Shown in pieces: positions 19,224-29,075 of a stretch of DNA of 50,197 bases. Under the pieces are notes generated by a model. It was not told where the DNA came from, ran no database searches, and was given only the letters and a program-made list of their open reading frames with translations. The stretch covers positions 1-50,197 of the forward strand of contig JALSSR010000093.1 in the NCBI GenBank assembly GCA_026984135.1. The letters run 5' to 3'. The position numbers and the translations under genes are program-made. Positions within the stretch are counted from its first letter, which is position 1. Each line of letters begins with the position of its first letter. Origin of the DNA: Bacteroidales bacterium. GTDB lineage: Bacteria; Bacteroidota; Bacteroidia; Bacteroidales; JAADJA01.

Positions 19224-19790
19224 CTATCCCTTTTTATTATAAAGTGTCATTGTTCTCACAAGGCCGATAGTAACATAGCTTTTAATAATATCAACTGCGG
19301 TTTTTATTTTGGGTATCAGTATCTCTTCCTCGGTTTTAGTCCATTGCCCTAACACGTAGTCGGACTGATAGCCGCGGGCAAAGTCGTTTCCGATTCCGAT
19401 TCTGAGTCTTGCGAAATTGCTTGTTCCGAGGCTTTCAATGATGCTTATCAAGCCGTTATGGCCTCCGTCACCTCCCTTTGGTCTTAGTCTGAGAGTGCCT
19501 GTTGGCAGGGCTATATCATCAACAACAACAAGTAGTTTTTCAACGGGAATTTTTTCTTTGTCGAGCCAATATTTAACCGCTTTGCCACTTAGATTCATGT
19601 ATGTAGATGGCTTGATTATCACGAGATTACGTGCTTTAAACTTTACTTTTGTAACATCCGCCAGTCGTTCTGTTTTAAAAGAAGCCCCGCCTTCCTGTGC
19701 AATGGCATCAGCAACAACAAAACCGATATTGTGCCTTGTGTTTGCATATTCGGCACCAATATTTCCCAGACAGGCAATTAAATATTTCAT
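19224..19790 (-). CDS. pth: Peptidyl-tRNA hydrolase
   Basis: LGNIGAEYANTRHNIGF, TYMNLSG, GGHNGL; start MKYLI at 19790. Confidence 0.97.
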   Translation of the reverse strand: MKYLIACLGNIGAEYANTRHNIGFVVADAIAQEGGASFKTERLADVTKVKFKARNLVIIKPSTYMNLSGKAVKYWLDKEKIPVEKLLVVVDDIALPTGTLRLRPKGGDGGHNGLISIIESLGTSNFARLRIGIGNDFARGYQSDYVLGQWTKTEEEILIPKIKTAVDIIKSYVTIGLVRTMTLYNKKG

Positions 19791-19817
19791 GTGTTTGTTT
19801 TTTGCAAAATTATACAT

Positions 19818-19860
19818 AAAAAAATTCCAAATCCCTAAAAAGTCGGAATTTGGAATTTTT
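19818..19860 (-). terminator. Intrinsic terminator after rplY
   Basis: AAAAATTCCAAAT...ATTTGGAATTTTT inverted repeat with U-tract on the minus strand. Confidence 0.7.
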
Positions 19861-19877
19861 ATCAATCGGGATAAATA

Positions 19878-20531
19878 TTATTCGTCTCCCTTGGCCTCTT
19901 CTTTTGGAGCACCTTCACCACCTTCGGCAGCAGCCTCTGCAGCAGCAGCTTCAGCGGCTTCCTCTTCGGCAATTTCCTCGGCAGTCATACCTCTTGCTGC
20001 TTTAACGGCAACGATAACCGCATTGGGAGTGTCAAGGAATGTCAGGTTTTCATAAACCACATCTTTTACTCTGATAGCTGTTCCGATATCAAGTTTATTG
20101 ATGTTAAGCATAATGAAATCCGGTAAATTTTCAGCCAGGCCGCTGACTTTTACTTTTCTGATCTTTTTAACAAGTCTTCCTCCTTGTAATACTCCGGGCG
20201 CAACACCTTCAAACTTAACCGGAATGGCTATAGTTACAGGTTTGTCGGGAATAATCTCCAAAAAGTCGGCATGTAAAATGTTGTCATTAACAGGATGATA
20301 TTGGATATCCTGCAAAATAGTTTGATACTCTTTACCGTCAACATTGATGTTGATAAGGTAAACTTCCGGGGTAAAGATAATTTTCTTAAAAGATTTTTCT
20401 TCAATGGCAATGTGAATTTGCTTTTCACCGCCATAGATTACACAGGGTACCTTTCCTTCTCTCCTGTTCTTTTTAGCATCTTTTTTCCCTACGTTCTCTC
20501 TCAGAGAACCGCTCAATGATACTGTTTTCAT
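19878..20531 (-). CDS. rplY: 50S ribosomal protein L25/Ctc
   Basis: RREGKVPCVIYGG, QYHPVNDNILHADF; acidic Ala/Glu tail; prs-rplY-pth synteny. Confidence 0.97.
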   Translation of the reverse strand: MKTVSLSGSLRENVGKKDAKKNRREGKVPCVIYGGEKQIHIAIEEKSFKKIIFTPEVYLININVDGKEYQTILQDIQYHPVNDNILHADFLEIIPDKPVTIAIPVKFEGVAPGVLQGGRLVKKIRKVKVSGLAENLPDFIMLNINKLDIGTAIRVKDVVYENLTFLDTPNAVIVAVKAARGMTAEEIAEEEAAEAAAAEAAAEGGEGAPKEEAKGDE

Positions 20532-20564
20532 AATGAATTGATTTAATTATAAATAAAATTAGTA

Positions 20565-21503
20565 CTAATGTTCAAATTTATATAATGAACTTATTGATTT
20601 CGTTTTTAAAACTCTGTTTATAACCGTTGCAAAGAGGTCTGCAGTTGATAAAACCGTTGCTTTTTTACACTTTTCTTTTAACGGTATTGTATCGGTCATA
20701 ACGACCTCGGTAATTCTCGATTTTTCTATTCTTTCATACGCCTCACCCGAAAAGACGGGATGTGTACAAAATGCTCTTACGCTGGCAGCTCCGTTGTCCA
20801 TAATCAAGTCGGCAGCTTTAGTTATAGATCCTGCCGTATCAATAATATCATCAATAAGAATTACATTTTTATCTTTAACATCACCGATAAGCTGCATTGT
20901 TCCAACCACGTTGGGCTTTGTTCTGTGTTTATAGCAAATTGCAAAACCCGTATTAAGGATTTTTGCGTAAGCAGCTGCACGTCTTGTTCCTCCCGTATCC
21001 GGAGAAGCCATCATCAGGTTGTCCAATTTCAGATTTTTAATATATGGAATAAATATAGATGACGCATAAATATGATCAACCGGTACATCAAAAAACCCCT
21101 GTATCTGATCGGCATGGAGGTCTATTGTTATGAGACGTTGAACTCCCGCAGCAATCAGCAAATTGGCTATTAGCTTGGATGCGATTGAAACCCGCGGCTT
21201 ATCCTTTCTGTCCTGTCGTGCATAACCAAAATATGGAATAACCGCAACAATTCTTCTGGCAGAAGCTCTTTTGGCAGCATCAACCATCATCAGGAGTTCC
21301 ATCAGGTTGTCGGCAGGAGAAAATGTTGACTGAATCAGAAAGACGTCGCGTCCTCTTATATTTTCCTCAAAAGAAGGTTGAAACTCCCCATCTGAAAAGT
21401 CTGTTACAACAACATTTCCTAAAGGATGACCATAGCTGGCAGCGATTCTTTCCGCCAGATATTTGGTTGCTCGTCCTGAAAAAATTAATGCCCGGGCTGC
21501 CAT
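20565..21503 (-). CDS. prs: Ribose-phosphate pyrophosphokinase
   Basis: FSDGE, PYFGYARQDRK, DLHADQIQGFF, IDDIIDTAGS. Confidence 0.98.
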   Translation of the reverse strand: MAARALIFSGRATKYLAERIAASYGHPLGNVVVTDFSDGEFQPSFEENIRGRDVFLIQSTFSPADNLMELLMMVDAAKRASARRIVAVIPYFGYARQDRKDKPRVSIASKLIANLLIAAGVQRLITIDLHADQIQGFFDVPVDHIYASSIFIPYIKNLKLDNLMMASPDTGGTRRAAAYAKILNTGFAICYKHRTKPNVVGTMQLIGDVKDKNVILIDDIIDTAGSITKAADLIMDNGAASVRAFCTHPVFSGEAYERIEKSRITEVVMTDTIPLKEKCKKATVLSTADLFATVINRVLKTKSISSLYKFEH

Positions 21504-21639
21504 TTTTTGCTTTTTAGAATTCGGCGCGAAATTAATACTTTTTTAACACCTCACAACTTCCGGTTGAATAAAAACAGATATTTTTTTTATGAAAATGAAT
21601 GTAGATAAAAAAAAGTAACTACTTTTGTCCACCAATTAA

Positions 21640-21721
21640 GCCCGGATGGCGGAATTGGTAGACGCGCTGGTCTCAAAAACCAGTTCCTTCGGGAGTGCCG
21701 GTTCGACCCCGGCTCCGGGTA
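21640..21721 (+). tRNA. tRNA-Leu(CAA)
   Basis: GCCCGGA acceptor stem, anticodon arm CTGGT-CTCAAAA-ACCAG, long variable arm, GTTCGA T-loop; CCA not encoded. Confidence 0.95.
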
Positions 21722-21742
21722 CTTATTATAAAATGGTAATAG

Positions 21743-21783
21743 AAAAAAGCAGTTACAATTTATTTTATGTAACTGCTTTTTTT
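21743..21783. terminator. Bidirectional terminator shared by the convergent tRNAs
   Basis: AAAAAAGCAGTTACA...TGTAACTGCTTTTTTT. Confidence 0.85.
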
Positions 21784-21784
21784 G

Positions 21785-21857
21785 TCGGAGTGGCGAGACT
21801 CGAACTCGCGACCTCTTGACCCCCAGTCAAGCACGCTACCAACTGCGCCACACCCCG
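21785..21857 (-). tRNA. tRNA-Pro(GGG)
   Basis: Reverse complement CGGGGTG...CTTGA-CTGGGGG-TCAAG...GTTCGAGT...CACTCCGA. Confidence 0.95.
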
Positions 21858-22018
21858 AATTAATAAATTAAAGCTAAACCATCATTTATAAATCCTTATA
21901 ACTTAAACAATAATTGTAAATTGCAATGTAATTTTTATTATGTTTGCTTGCACTTTAAAAAAAATATTTTGCGTTGCAAAAATAGTTTTTTTTTTGAATA
22001 TATTATAAAAATAAAAAA

Positions 22019-24061
22019 ATGAATAAATTATTATCTTTTTGGATTTTTCTTATAGTTAGCATAAATGTATTAGGCCAAGTTCAAACAGTTGGGCTTTTTT
22101 ATAATGATTTAAATTCATTTAATGGCTATACCCTTTTTAATCCTTTCGCTTCAACATCAACCTACTTGATTGATAATTGTGGGAGAGTAATTAATATATG
22201 GGAAAGTGACAGTAAGTCAAACTTTGCTGTATATTTACTAGATAATGGGAATCTGTTAAGAACATGCAAAACAACCAATAATCCTAATGTTGGAGGTCGA
22301 TTAGAAGAACTTGACTGGGAAGGAAATGTTGTTTGGTCATATGATTTTAGTAATGAATATATTTTGCACCATGATATTGAGCCTCTCCCAAATGGTAATA
22401 TATTATTTATTGCTAGTGATATTATTGCAGCTTCTGAAGCGATAAATGAAGGTCGTAATCCATTATTTTTAGATAATGAATTATGGTCTGAACAGATCGT
22501 TGAGGTGCAACCAACAGGATCTCAGGGTGTTAATATAGTTTGGAAGTGGCGAGTTTGGGATCATTTGATTCAGGACTTTGATTCATTAAAAAATAATTAT
22601 GGACAAATCGCTCTTCATCCCGAGCTAATTAATCTGAATTATTTTAACAGCACGGTTCCAAATCCTTTAGTTGATTGGTTACATTTCAACTCGATAGATT
22701 ATAACAAAGAGCTTGATCAGATTATTCTTTCTGCAAGAAATGTAAGTGAACTATATATTATTGACCATAGCACAACAACTGAGGAAGCTGCAAGTCATTT
22801 AGGAGGAAGGTATATGAAGGGAGGTGACATCCTTTATAGATTTGGGAACCCTCAAGTATTTAATTTAGGAACTGAAGTAAATCGAATATTATTTTTTCAA
22901 CATGATGCACAATGGATTTCTGATACTTATCCTGATGGAAATAAAATTATAGTTTTTAATAATAAACTTTCGATTAATTCTTCTGGTGTTGGAATTTTTT
23001 ATCCAGCTCAGGATAGTGCAGGCTTTTACTGTATGCCAACTGAATTTGGATACTTGCCTAACAGTTTTGAATGGGAATTTACTTCTCAAGAAATATATTC
23101 ACCAAAAATGTCGGGTGCTCAGCAACTACCTAATGGTAATATAATAATTTGTGTTGGAACCTCTGGCAAATTTTTGGAAGTAGATATAGATGGCAATTTG
23201 ATTTGGTCGTATATAAATCCTGTTGGAAATAATGGTCCCGTAAGTCAGGGTGAAAATCCCCTGATTAATAATGTTTTTAAAATTCAAAAATATGCACCGG
23301 ATTTTTCAGGTTTTTATGGAAAAGATCTCACACCTGGAAGCCCAATTGAATTAAATCCTTGGACTACTTCTTGTGAAATCCAGGAGGATACAATTGCTGA
23401 AATCGAATTGCATTTATTTCTTGAGGGTCCTTTTAATGGTGCTACAATGTGTTGTGATGGTAATTATACTTTGCCTTTAAACCAACCATTTCAAAATTGG
23501 CCTTGGTACTATGCAGGGACTGAGAAGGTTAGTCAGATCCCGCCAGATGCAGTTGATTGGGTTTTGCTTGAATTGAGGGATGCTAATCAACCTTCCAATG
23601 CCATTAGGGAAACAACAGTTAGTAGAATAGCAGCCTTTTTATTAACGGACGGATCTGTTGTAAAAATGGATGGGGAATCGTTTCCAACTTTTTATAACTC
23701 ATTCATAAATGATTTGTATGTAGTAATCTGCCATAGAAACCACCTCAGCATATTATCCTCACAACCTTTATATAGTGAAAATTTACATTTATATTATAAT
23801 TTTATTTTTGATGGAAATAAGGTTTATGGGGGGGCATTGGGCTATAAAGAGTTGTTTCCTGGGATATGGGGTATGACAGCAGGAGATGGATATAAGGATA
23901 ATCATATTGATATGCTTGACAAGAATGTAATATGGGATATTGAGGCTGGTGGTAAAGGGTATCTTCAAGGAGATTATAATCTTGATGGGCAAATAGATAA
24001 CCAAGATAAAAATAATTCACTATTCACTAATTTTGGCAAAATAAGCCAAGTGCCAGAATGA
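22019..24061 (+). CDS. Aryl-sulfate sulfotransferase (ASST)-like protein with C-terminal dockerin/EF-hand-like module
   Basis: GYTLF, HHDIEPLPNGN, DWLHFNSIDY, QHDAQW, SGAQQLPNGN; C-terminal LFLEGPF...VDWVLLELR...GDYNLDGQIDNQD...SQVPE. Confidence 0.85.
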   Translation: MNKLLSFWIFLIVSINVLGQVQTVGLFYNDLNSFNGYTLFNPFASTSTYLIDNCGRVINIWESDSKSNFAVYLLDNGNLLRTCKTTNNPNVGGRLEELDWEGNVVWSYDFSNEYILHHDIEPLPNGNILFIASDIIAASEAINEGRNPLFLDNELWSEQIVEVQPTGSQGVNIVWKWRVWDHLIQDFDSLKNNYGQIALHPELINLNYFNSTVPNPLVDWLHFNSIDYNKELDQIILSARNVSELYIIDHSTTTEEAASHLGGRYMKGGDILYRFGNPQVFNLGTEVNRILFFQHDAQWISDTYPDGNKIIVFNNKLSINSSGVGIFYPAQDSAGFYCMPTEFGYLPNSFEWEFTSQEIYSPKMSGAQQLPNGNIIICVGTSGKFLEVDIDGNLIWSYINPVGNNGPVSQGENPLINNVFKIQKYAPDFSGFYGKDLTPGSPIELNPWTTSCEIQEDTIAEIELHLFLEGPFNGATMCCDGNYTLPLNQPFQNWPWYYAGTEKVSQIPPDAVDWVLLELRDANQPSNAIRETTVSRIAAFLLTDGSVVKMDGESFPTFYNSFINDLYVVICHRNHLSILSSQPLYSENLHLYYNFIFDGNKVYGGALGYKELFPGIWGMTAGDGYKDNHIDMLDKNVIWDIEAGGKGYLQGDYNLDGQIDNQDKNNSLFTNFGKISQVPE

Positions 24062-24239
24062 GCATTAATGATATTATTGTTTTAGAATAAAATATTTTTT
24101 TATTTGGACATAATGGCATACTTTTGCAATTTATGGCACTTTTATAAGTTGTTGATATTAAGCATATAGCGTAATTGGCAAAATTTTTGACGAAAGCAAA
24201 ACTCATTTGAATTGAAATATAAATTTAACAAAAATAGTT

Positions 24240-25193
24240 ATGGCAGAACAAAACATTGACAAAACCCAATGCCTGATAATCGGGTCAGGCCCGGCAGGTT
24301 ATACTGCTGCAATTTACGCTTCACGTGCGGATTTGCATCCTATTTTGTATCAGGGACTTCAACCGGGAGGTCAACTGACGGAAACGACCGAAGTTGAGAA
24401 CTTTCCGGGTTATCCCGAAGGAACTAACGGTCCGCAAATGATGGAAGAGTTTAAACTTCAGGCTGAACGTTTTGAGGCTGACATCAGATGGGGAATAATA
24501 ACGGAAGTTGATTTTTCCAAAAGACCTTTCACGGCAAAAGCCGATGACGGTAAAACAATTATTGCCGACACAGTGATAATTGCTACCGGAGCTTCGGCAA
24601 GATGGCTCGGACTACCGTCGGAAGCTGAATATAACGGCTACGGAGTTTCAGCTTGTGCTACCTGTGACGGTTATTTTTATAAAGGAAAGGACGTTGCTGT
24701 TGTCGGGGGCGGTGATACTGCTGCCGAGGAAGCCACTTACCTTGCAAAACTTTGCCGCAAGGTTTATCTTATTCACCGTCGTGACGAGTTGAGAGCTTCC
24801 AAAGCAATGCAACGTCGCGTACTGAACACTCCTAATATTGAAATGGTATGGGATAGTGTTCCAAAAGAAATTTTTGGTGAAACGGAAGGTTTTGCAAAAA
24901 AAGTTACCGGCGTTGTTGTCCAAAATGTTAAAACGGGGGAAGAAAAGAAAATTTTTCTCGACGGATTCTTTGTGGCTATAGGTCACAAACCCAACTCCGA
25001 CCTTTTTAAAGGACAACTTGAGATGAATGATGTGGGATATTTGATTACAAAACCCGATTCGACGGCAACAAGTGTTGAGGGTGTTTTTGCAGCGGGCGAT
25101 ATTCAGGATCACGTTTTCCGTCAGGCTATAACAGCCGCCGGAACCGGGGCTATGGCTGCTATTGAAGCTGAAAGATTTCTTGCAGCTCAGTAA
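24240..25193 (+). CDS. trxB: Thioredoxin reductase
   Basis: IIGSGPAGYTAA, CATCDG, GGGDTAAEEA, FAAGD. Confidence 0.98.
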   Translation: MAEQNIDKTQCLIIGSGPAGYTAAIYASRADLHPILYQGLQPGGQLTETTEVENFPGYPEGTNGPQMMEEFKLQAERFEADIRWGIITEVDFSKRPFTAKADDGKTIIADTVIIATGASARWLGLPSEAEYNGYGVSACATCDGYFYKGKDVAVVGGGDTAAEEATYLAKLCRKVYLIHRRDELRASKAMQRRVLNTPNIEMVWDSVPKEIFGETEGFAKKVTGVVVQNVKTGEEKKIFLDGFFVAIGHKPNSDLFKGQLEMNDVGYLITKPDSTATSVEGVFAAGDIQDHVFRQAITAAGTGAMAAIEAERFLAAQ

Positions 25194-25204
25194 TAAATTA
25201 ATAA

Positions 25205-25237
25205 TCCCGGCAGGTTATCGTAATCTGTCGGGTTTTA
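25205..25237 (+). terminator. Probable intrinsic terminator after trxB
   Basis: CCCGGCAGGTTA...TAATCTGTCGGG hairpin with G-U pairs, followed by TTTT. Confidence 0.6.
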
Positions 25238-25290
25238 TTCTTTTTCTCCCGGTTTTAAATATTTAAAACTCTTTCCTTCGACTCTTTTTT

Positions 25291-25422
25291 AATAAACTGA
25301 TGCTTAACGAAAATGCAAATTTATTCGAGATAAATTTGCTATAATTCAGGTAATTATATAAAAGATAATTTGCAAAGTTTACGATGTGAAACAAGTCCGT
25401 ACGGATGCGTTTTAGTATAATT
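25291..25422 (-). repeat. ~130-bp dispersed intergenic element, copy 1
   Basis: Reverse complement aligns collinearly with 31049-31179 (one gap, 89/132 identical by hand count). Confidence 0.7.
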
Positions 25423-25480
25423 CCGATTTTTCTTTTCAAATATTTCCCATTTTATTTACTTTTGTGAACGTTTTCACGTA

Positions 25481-26218
25481 TTGAATTTTATGGATATATA
25501 TAACTCCTTAAATAACAACAAAAAAAAATTTGCGGTTTTGATTGATCCCGACAAGTATTCTTTGAAGGATGTGGAAAAACTGGCAAATATGGCCTCGAAA
25601 ACAGGTGTGTCATTTTTTTTCGTAGGTGGAAGTCTTCTTACCAATGATGTTTTGGGGGAGACAATAAAGGTCATTAAGGACAACAGCAATATTCCGGTTA
25701 TAATATTTCCGGGAGACACAATGCAGATCAATGACAGAGCGGACGGCATCTTATTACTGTCGCTTATATCTGGAAGAAATCCCGACTTGTTGATCGGAAA
25801 ACATGTTATTGCCGCACCATATCTGAAAAAAAGTAATCTTGAGATACTTCCCACGGGATATATGCTTATTGACAGCGGAAGAATGACAACAGCACTGTAT
25901 ATGAGCAATTCCCATCCCATCCCTGCCGACAAGGATGAGATTGCCGTTTCTACTGCTATGGCCGGTGAAATGCTGGGTCTTAAACTTATTTATATGGACG
26001 GCGGGAGCGGTGCTGCAAACCCTGTTCCAGTAAGTATGATCTCAAAAGTTAAAGATAACATTTCCGTCCCGCTTGTTGTCGGAGGCGGAATAAGAACACC
26101 GGAAGCCGCCACTGAAAGATTCAATGCAGGTGCAGATATTATCGTTGTCGGGAATGCCATTGAGGACAGCCACTCTGTTCTTGAACAAATTGCGGAGATT
26201 ACTTTGTCATTTGGTTGA
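25481..26218 (+). CDS. Geranylgeranylglyceryl/heptaprenylglyceryl phosphate synthase (PcrB family, group II type)
   Basis: LIDPDK, FVGGS, IIFPG, SLISGRNP, PTGYMLI, YMDGGSGA, VGGGIR, VVGN; start TTG 25481 or ATG 25490. Confidence 0.93.
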   Translation: MNFMDIYNSLNNNKKKFAVLIDPDKYSLKDVEKLANMASKTGVSFFFVGGSLLTNDVLGETIKVIKDNSNIPVIIFPGDTMQINDRADGILLLSLISGRNPDLLIGKHVIAAPYLKKSNLEILPTGYMLIDSGRMTTALYMSNSHPIPADKDEIAVSTAMAGEMLGLKLIYMDGGSGAANPVPVSMISKVKDNISVPLVVGGGIRTPEAATERFNAGADIIVVGNAIEDSHSVLEQIAEITLSFG

Positions 26219-26267
26219 AATAATTATTAAAAATTCATATCTTTGTAGAAAATATTAATGTACATTA

Positions 26268-26477
26268 ATGATTGTTAAAAATCGAAATAATGAAATTGTA
26301 GTCAGGATTTCACCTGAATATGACACATCCAGAATTCAGGAGATACTTGATTATTTAAGGTATGTTGAATTGACCTCTAAATCTGATGTTAATCAAAAAG
26401 ATGTGGATATACTCATTGAGAAGGTGAAAAAGGGGCGTTGGGAAAGAGTAAAAAAGAAACTGGATGTAAATGACTAA
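26268..26477 (+). CDS. Putative antitoxin of a PIN/VapC-type TA pair
   Basis: 69-aa ORF overlapping the PIN gene by 8 bp; own TATCTTTG box at 26238. Confidence 0.7.
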   Translation: MIVKNRNNEIVVRISPEYDTSRIQEILDYLRYVELTSKSDVNQKDVDILIEKVKKGRWERVKKKLDVND

Positions 26478-26922
26478 AATCATTGTTGATACAAACATTA
26501 TTTTTAGTGCTCTGCTAAATACCAATAGCCGGATAGGACAAATTTTAATTAATGGTAACCGATATTGTTTTTTCTTTGCACCGGAGTATATCAGGTTCGA
26601 AATCTTTAAATATAAGGAAAAAATTAAAAATCTTGGGAATTTTACGGATTATGATTTTTTTGAAAGCTATGAGCTGATAATCAGAAATATAACTATACTC
26701 AACCATGCATTAATTCCTAATAGAATTTATCAAAAAGCTGAATTATTATGTGAAAATATTGATATAGACGATACTGCTTTTGTAGCGGTTAGCGATTATA
26801 TTATGGGTTGGTTATGGACAGGTGATAAAAAATTGATAAATGGATTAAAAAACAATAACTATAAAAGAATAATTACAACGGAACAATTATACGAAGATTT
26901 TATTTTAAAGCATAAATTATGA
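26470..26922 (+). CDS. PIN-domain ribonuclease (VapC-like toxin)
   Basis: IIVDTNIIFSAL, FEI, DIDDTAFVA, LWTGDKKL; acidic catalytic residues present. Confidence 0.88.
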   Translation: MTKIIVDTNIIFSALLNTNSRIGQILINGNRYCFFFAPEYIRFEIFKYKEKIKNLGNFTDYDFFESYELIIRNITILNHALIPNRIYQKAELLCENIDIDDTAFVAVSDYIMGWLWTGDKKLINGLKNNNYKRIITTEQLYEDFILKHKL

Positions 26923-29066
26923 AAAGATCAGTTTTAGTAAAAAGGTCACTTATTCTATTGAGTTTATTTATCTCAATAGTACTTTTTGGTCAGAAAAAGC
27001 CATTAACCGTCGAAGACGGTTCTTACATGAATTATAAGCTTTTTCCGAAAAGGCTAAGTCAGTTACAATGGATGGGTAACAGCGACAATTATAGTTTCGT
27101 TGCCAATAATAAGCTTGTTAAAGGTAGGGCAACTTCAACCGAAAGGGACACGATACTGACAGTTGACGACCTTAATGCAGGGATGACCGACCTAAAATTT
27201 GATTCTTTGAAAAGATTTCCGTCAATAAAATATCTTGATGACAATAAGATTAGATTTTCGTTTAAAAAACGACTGTTTGTCTCCGATATTATTTCAAAAA
27301 AAATAGATTTTGTTAACGAATACGATAAAAAAGCAAAAAATATTGATATTCAAAGCAAAACAAATGCAATTGCATATACTGTTGATAATAATTTGTTTGT
27401 TGCCGTTGATAAAAATCAAATCCAGGTCACGGACGATGAAGATAAAGGTATAGTGAACGGACAATCGGTTCATCGTCAGGAATTTGGCATTTACAAAGGA
27501 ACTTTCTGGTCGCCGCAAGGAAATTATCTTGCTTTTTATCGTAAAGACCAAACGATGGTGGGCGATTATCCGCTGGTCAACATTGACACAAGGGAAGCAA
27601 CGGTGAAGAATATTAAATACCCTATGGCAGGAATGACCAGTGAGCAGGTAACACTTGGAATTTTTGACATTAAGACCGAAAAGACCGTTTTCCTGAAAAC
27701 CGGAGAACCCAAAGACCACTATTTGACGGCAGTTACCTGGGGACCGAACGAAAAATATATTTACATTGCCATACTAAACCGCGATCAGAATCATTTGTGG
27801 CTAAATCAATATGATATTGTTACCGGAGATTTTGTAAAGACGCTGCTTGAAGAAGAGAATCCTAAATATGTCGAGCCGGAACATCCTTTGTATTTCTTGA
27901 AAAACTCTCCCGATAAGTTTATTTGGTTTAGCGAACGCGACGGTTACGATCATTTATATCTATACAATACGGATGGAGAGTTGGTAAAGCAACTCACCAA
28001 AGGCGAATGGGTAGTTACCAAATATCTTGGCACCGATCTCAAAGAAAGGAAAGTCTTTTTTCAGGCAACAAAAGAAAGCCCGCTTGAAAAGAATGTTTAT
28101 TCCGTTGACATAAAATCGGGGAAAATAATCCGCATAACTCCGGACCACGGAACACATTCGGTGCAAATAAATCATTCCTGCGAATATTTTATTGACTATT
28201 ACAGCAGTACGGATGTTGCAAGTGAAATAAAGATGGAAAATTCAAAAGGAAAGGTTGTACAGACCTTACTTGAAAACAGTGATCCCCTTGCCGATTATGC
28301 AATTGGCGAAATGTCAATCTTCACATTAAAGGCGGACGACGGAGCCGATCTTTACTGTCGTTTGATAAAGCCGGCAAACTTTGATGCTTCCAAAAAGTAT
28401 CCCGTTATTGTTTACGTGTACGGAGGACCTCACGCACAACTGATAACCGATTCATGGCTCGGTGGAGCGGGAATGTATCTCAACTATCTTGCTTCCGACG
28501 GATATGTCATTTTTACCCTTGATAATCACGGTTCGGCAAACAGAGGCAGGGATTTTGAACAGGCTGTTTTCCGCAATCTCGGAACGCACGAGATAGCCGA
28601 TCAGATGAAAGGAGTCGAATTTCTGAAATCTCTCGAATATGTTGACACAACTCGTATTGGTGTTGACGGCTGGAGTTTCGGAGGTTTTATGACCATTTCT
28701 TTGAAATTACGTGAGCCAGGTGTTTTTAAGGTTGGTGTGGCAGGTGGACCCGTGATAGATTGGAAATACTATGAAGTTATGTACGGTGAACGGTATATGG
28801 ATACTCCGGAATCCAATCCCGAAGGTTACAAAAAGGCTTCCCTGCTCAATTATGCAAAAGATCTTGAGGGGAAACTTTTGGTAATTCACGGGACAATGGA
28901 CCCTACGGTGGTTTGGCAGCACAGCCTTCTTTTCATCAAACAATGTGTTACCGACGGCGTTCAGGTTGATTATTTTGTTTACCCCGACCATGAGCATGGT
29001 GTCGGAGGAAAAGATCGCCTGCATCTGAACAAAAAGATAAAAATGTATTTTGATGAGAATTTATAG
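26919..29066 (+). CDS. S9B-family dipeptidyl peptidase IV / prolyl tripeptidyl peptidase
   Basis: Signal peptide; HRQEFGI, VYGGP, GWSFGG, HGTMDPTV, HEHG triad. Confidence 0.93.
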   Translation: MKRSVLVKRSLILLSLFISIVLFGQKKPLTVEDGSYMNYKLFPKRLSQLQWMGNSDNYSFVANNKLVKGRATSTERDTILTVDDLNAGMTDLKFDSLKRFPSIKYLDDNKIRFSFKKRLFVSDIISKKIDFVNEYDKKAKNIDIQSKTNAIAYTVDNNLFVAVDKNQIQVTDDEDKGIVNGQSVHRQEFGIYKGTFWSPQGNYLAFYRKDQTMVGDYPLVNIDTREATVKNIKYPMAGMTSEQVTLGIFDIKTEKTVFLKTGEPKDHYLTAVTWGPNEKYIYIAILNRDQNHLWLNQYDIVTGDFVKTLLEEENPKYVEPEHPLYFLKNSPDKFIWFSERDGYDHLYLYNTDGELVKQLTKGEWVVTKYLGTDLKERKVFFQATKESPLEKNVYSVDIKSGKIIRITPDHGTHSVQINHSCEYFIDYYSSTDVASEIKMENSKGKVVQTLLENSDPLADYAIGEMSIFTLKADDGADLYCRLIKPANFDASKKYPVIVYVYGGPHAQLITDSWLGGAGMYLNYLASDGYVIFTLDNHGSANRGRDFEQAVFRNLGTHEIADQMKGVEFLKSLEYVDTTRIGVDGWSFGGFMTISLKLREPGVFKVGVAGGPVIDWKYYEVMYGERYMDTPESNPEGYKKASLLNYAKDLEGKLLVIHGTMDPTVVWQHSLLFIKQCVTDGVQVDYFVYPDHEHGVGGKDRLHLNKKIKMYFDENL

Positions 29067-29075
29067 AAATGTGAA

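Noticed and set aside
19417-20055. Long antisense ORFs (also 30089-30670, 36360-36911, 9213-9758 and similar)
   Set aside because: They shadow well-supported genes on the opposite strand and show no recognisable motifs.
21640-24061. tRNA-integrated genomic island carrying the ASST gene
   Set aside because: ASST abuts the 5' side of tRNA-Pro, the two tRNA 3' ends face each other, and I saw no integrase or duplicated tRNA 3' end.
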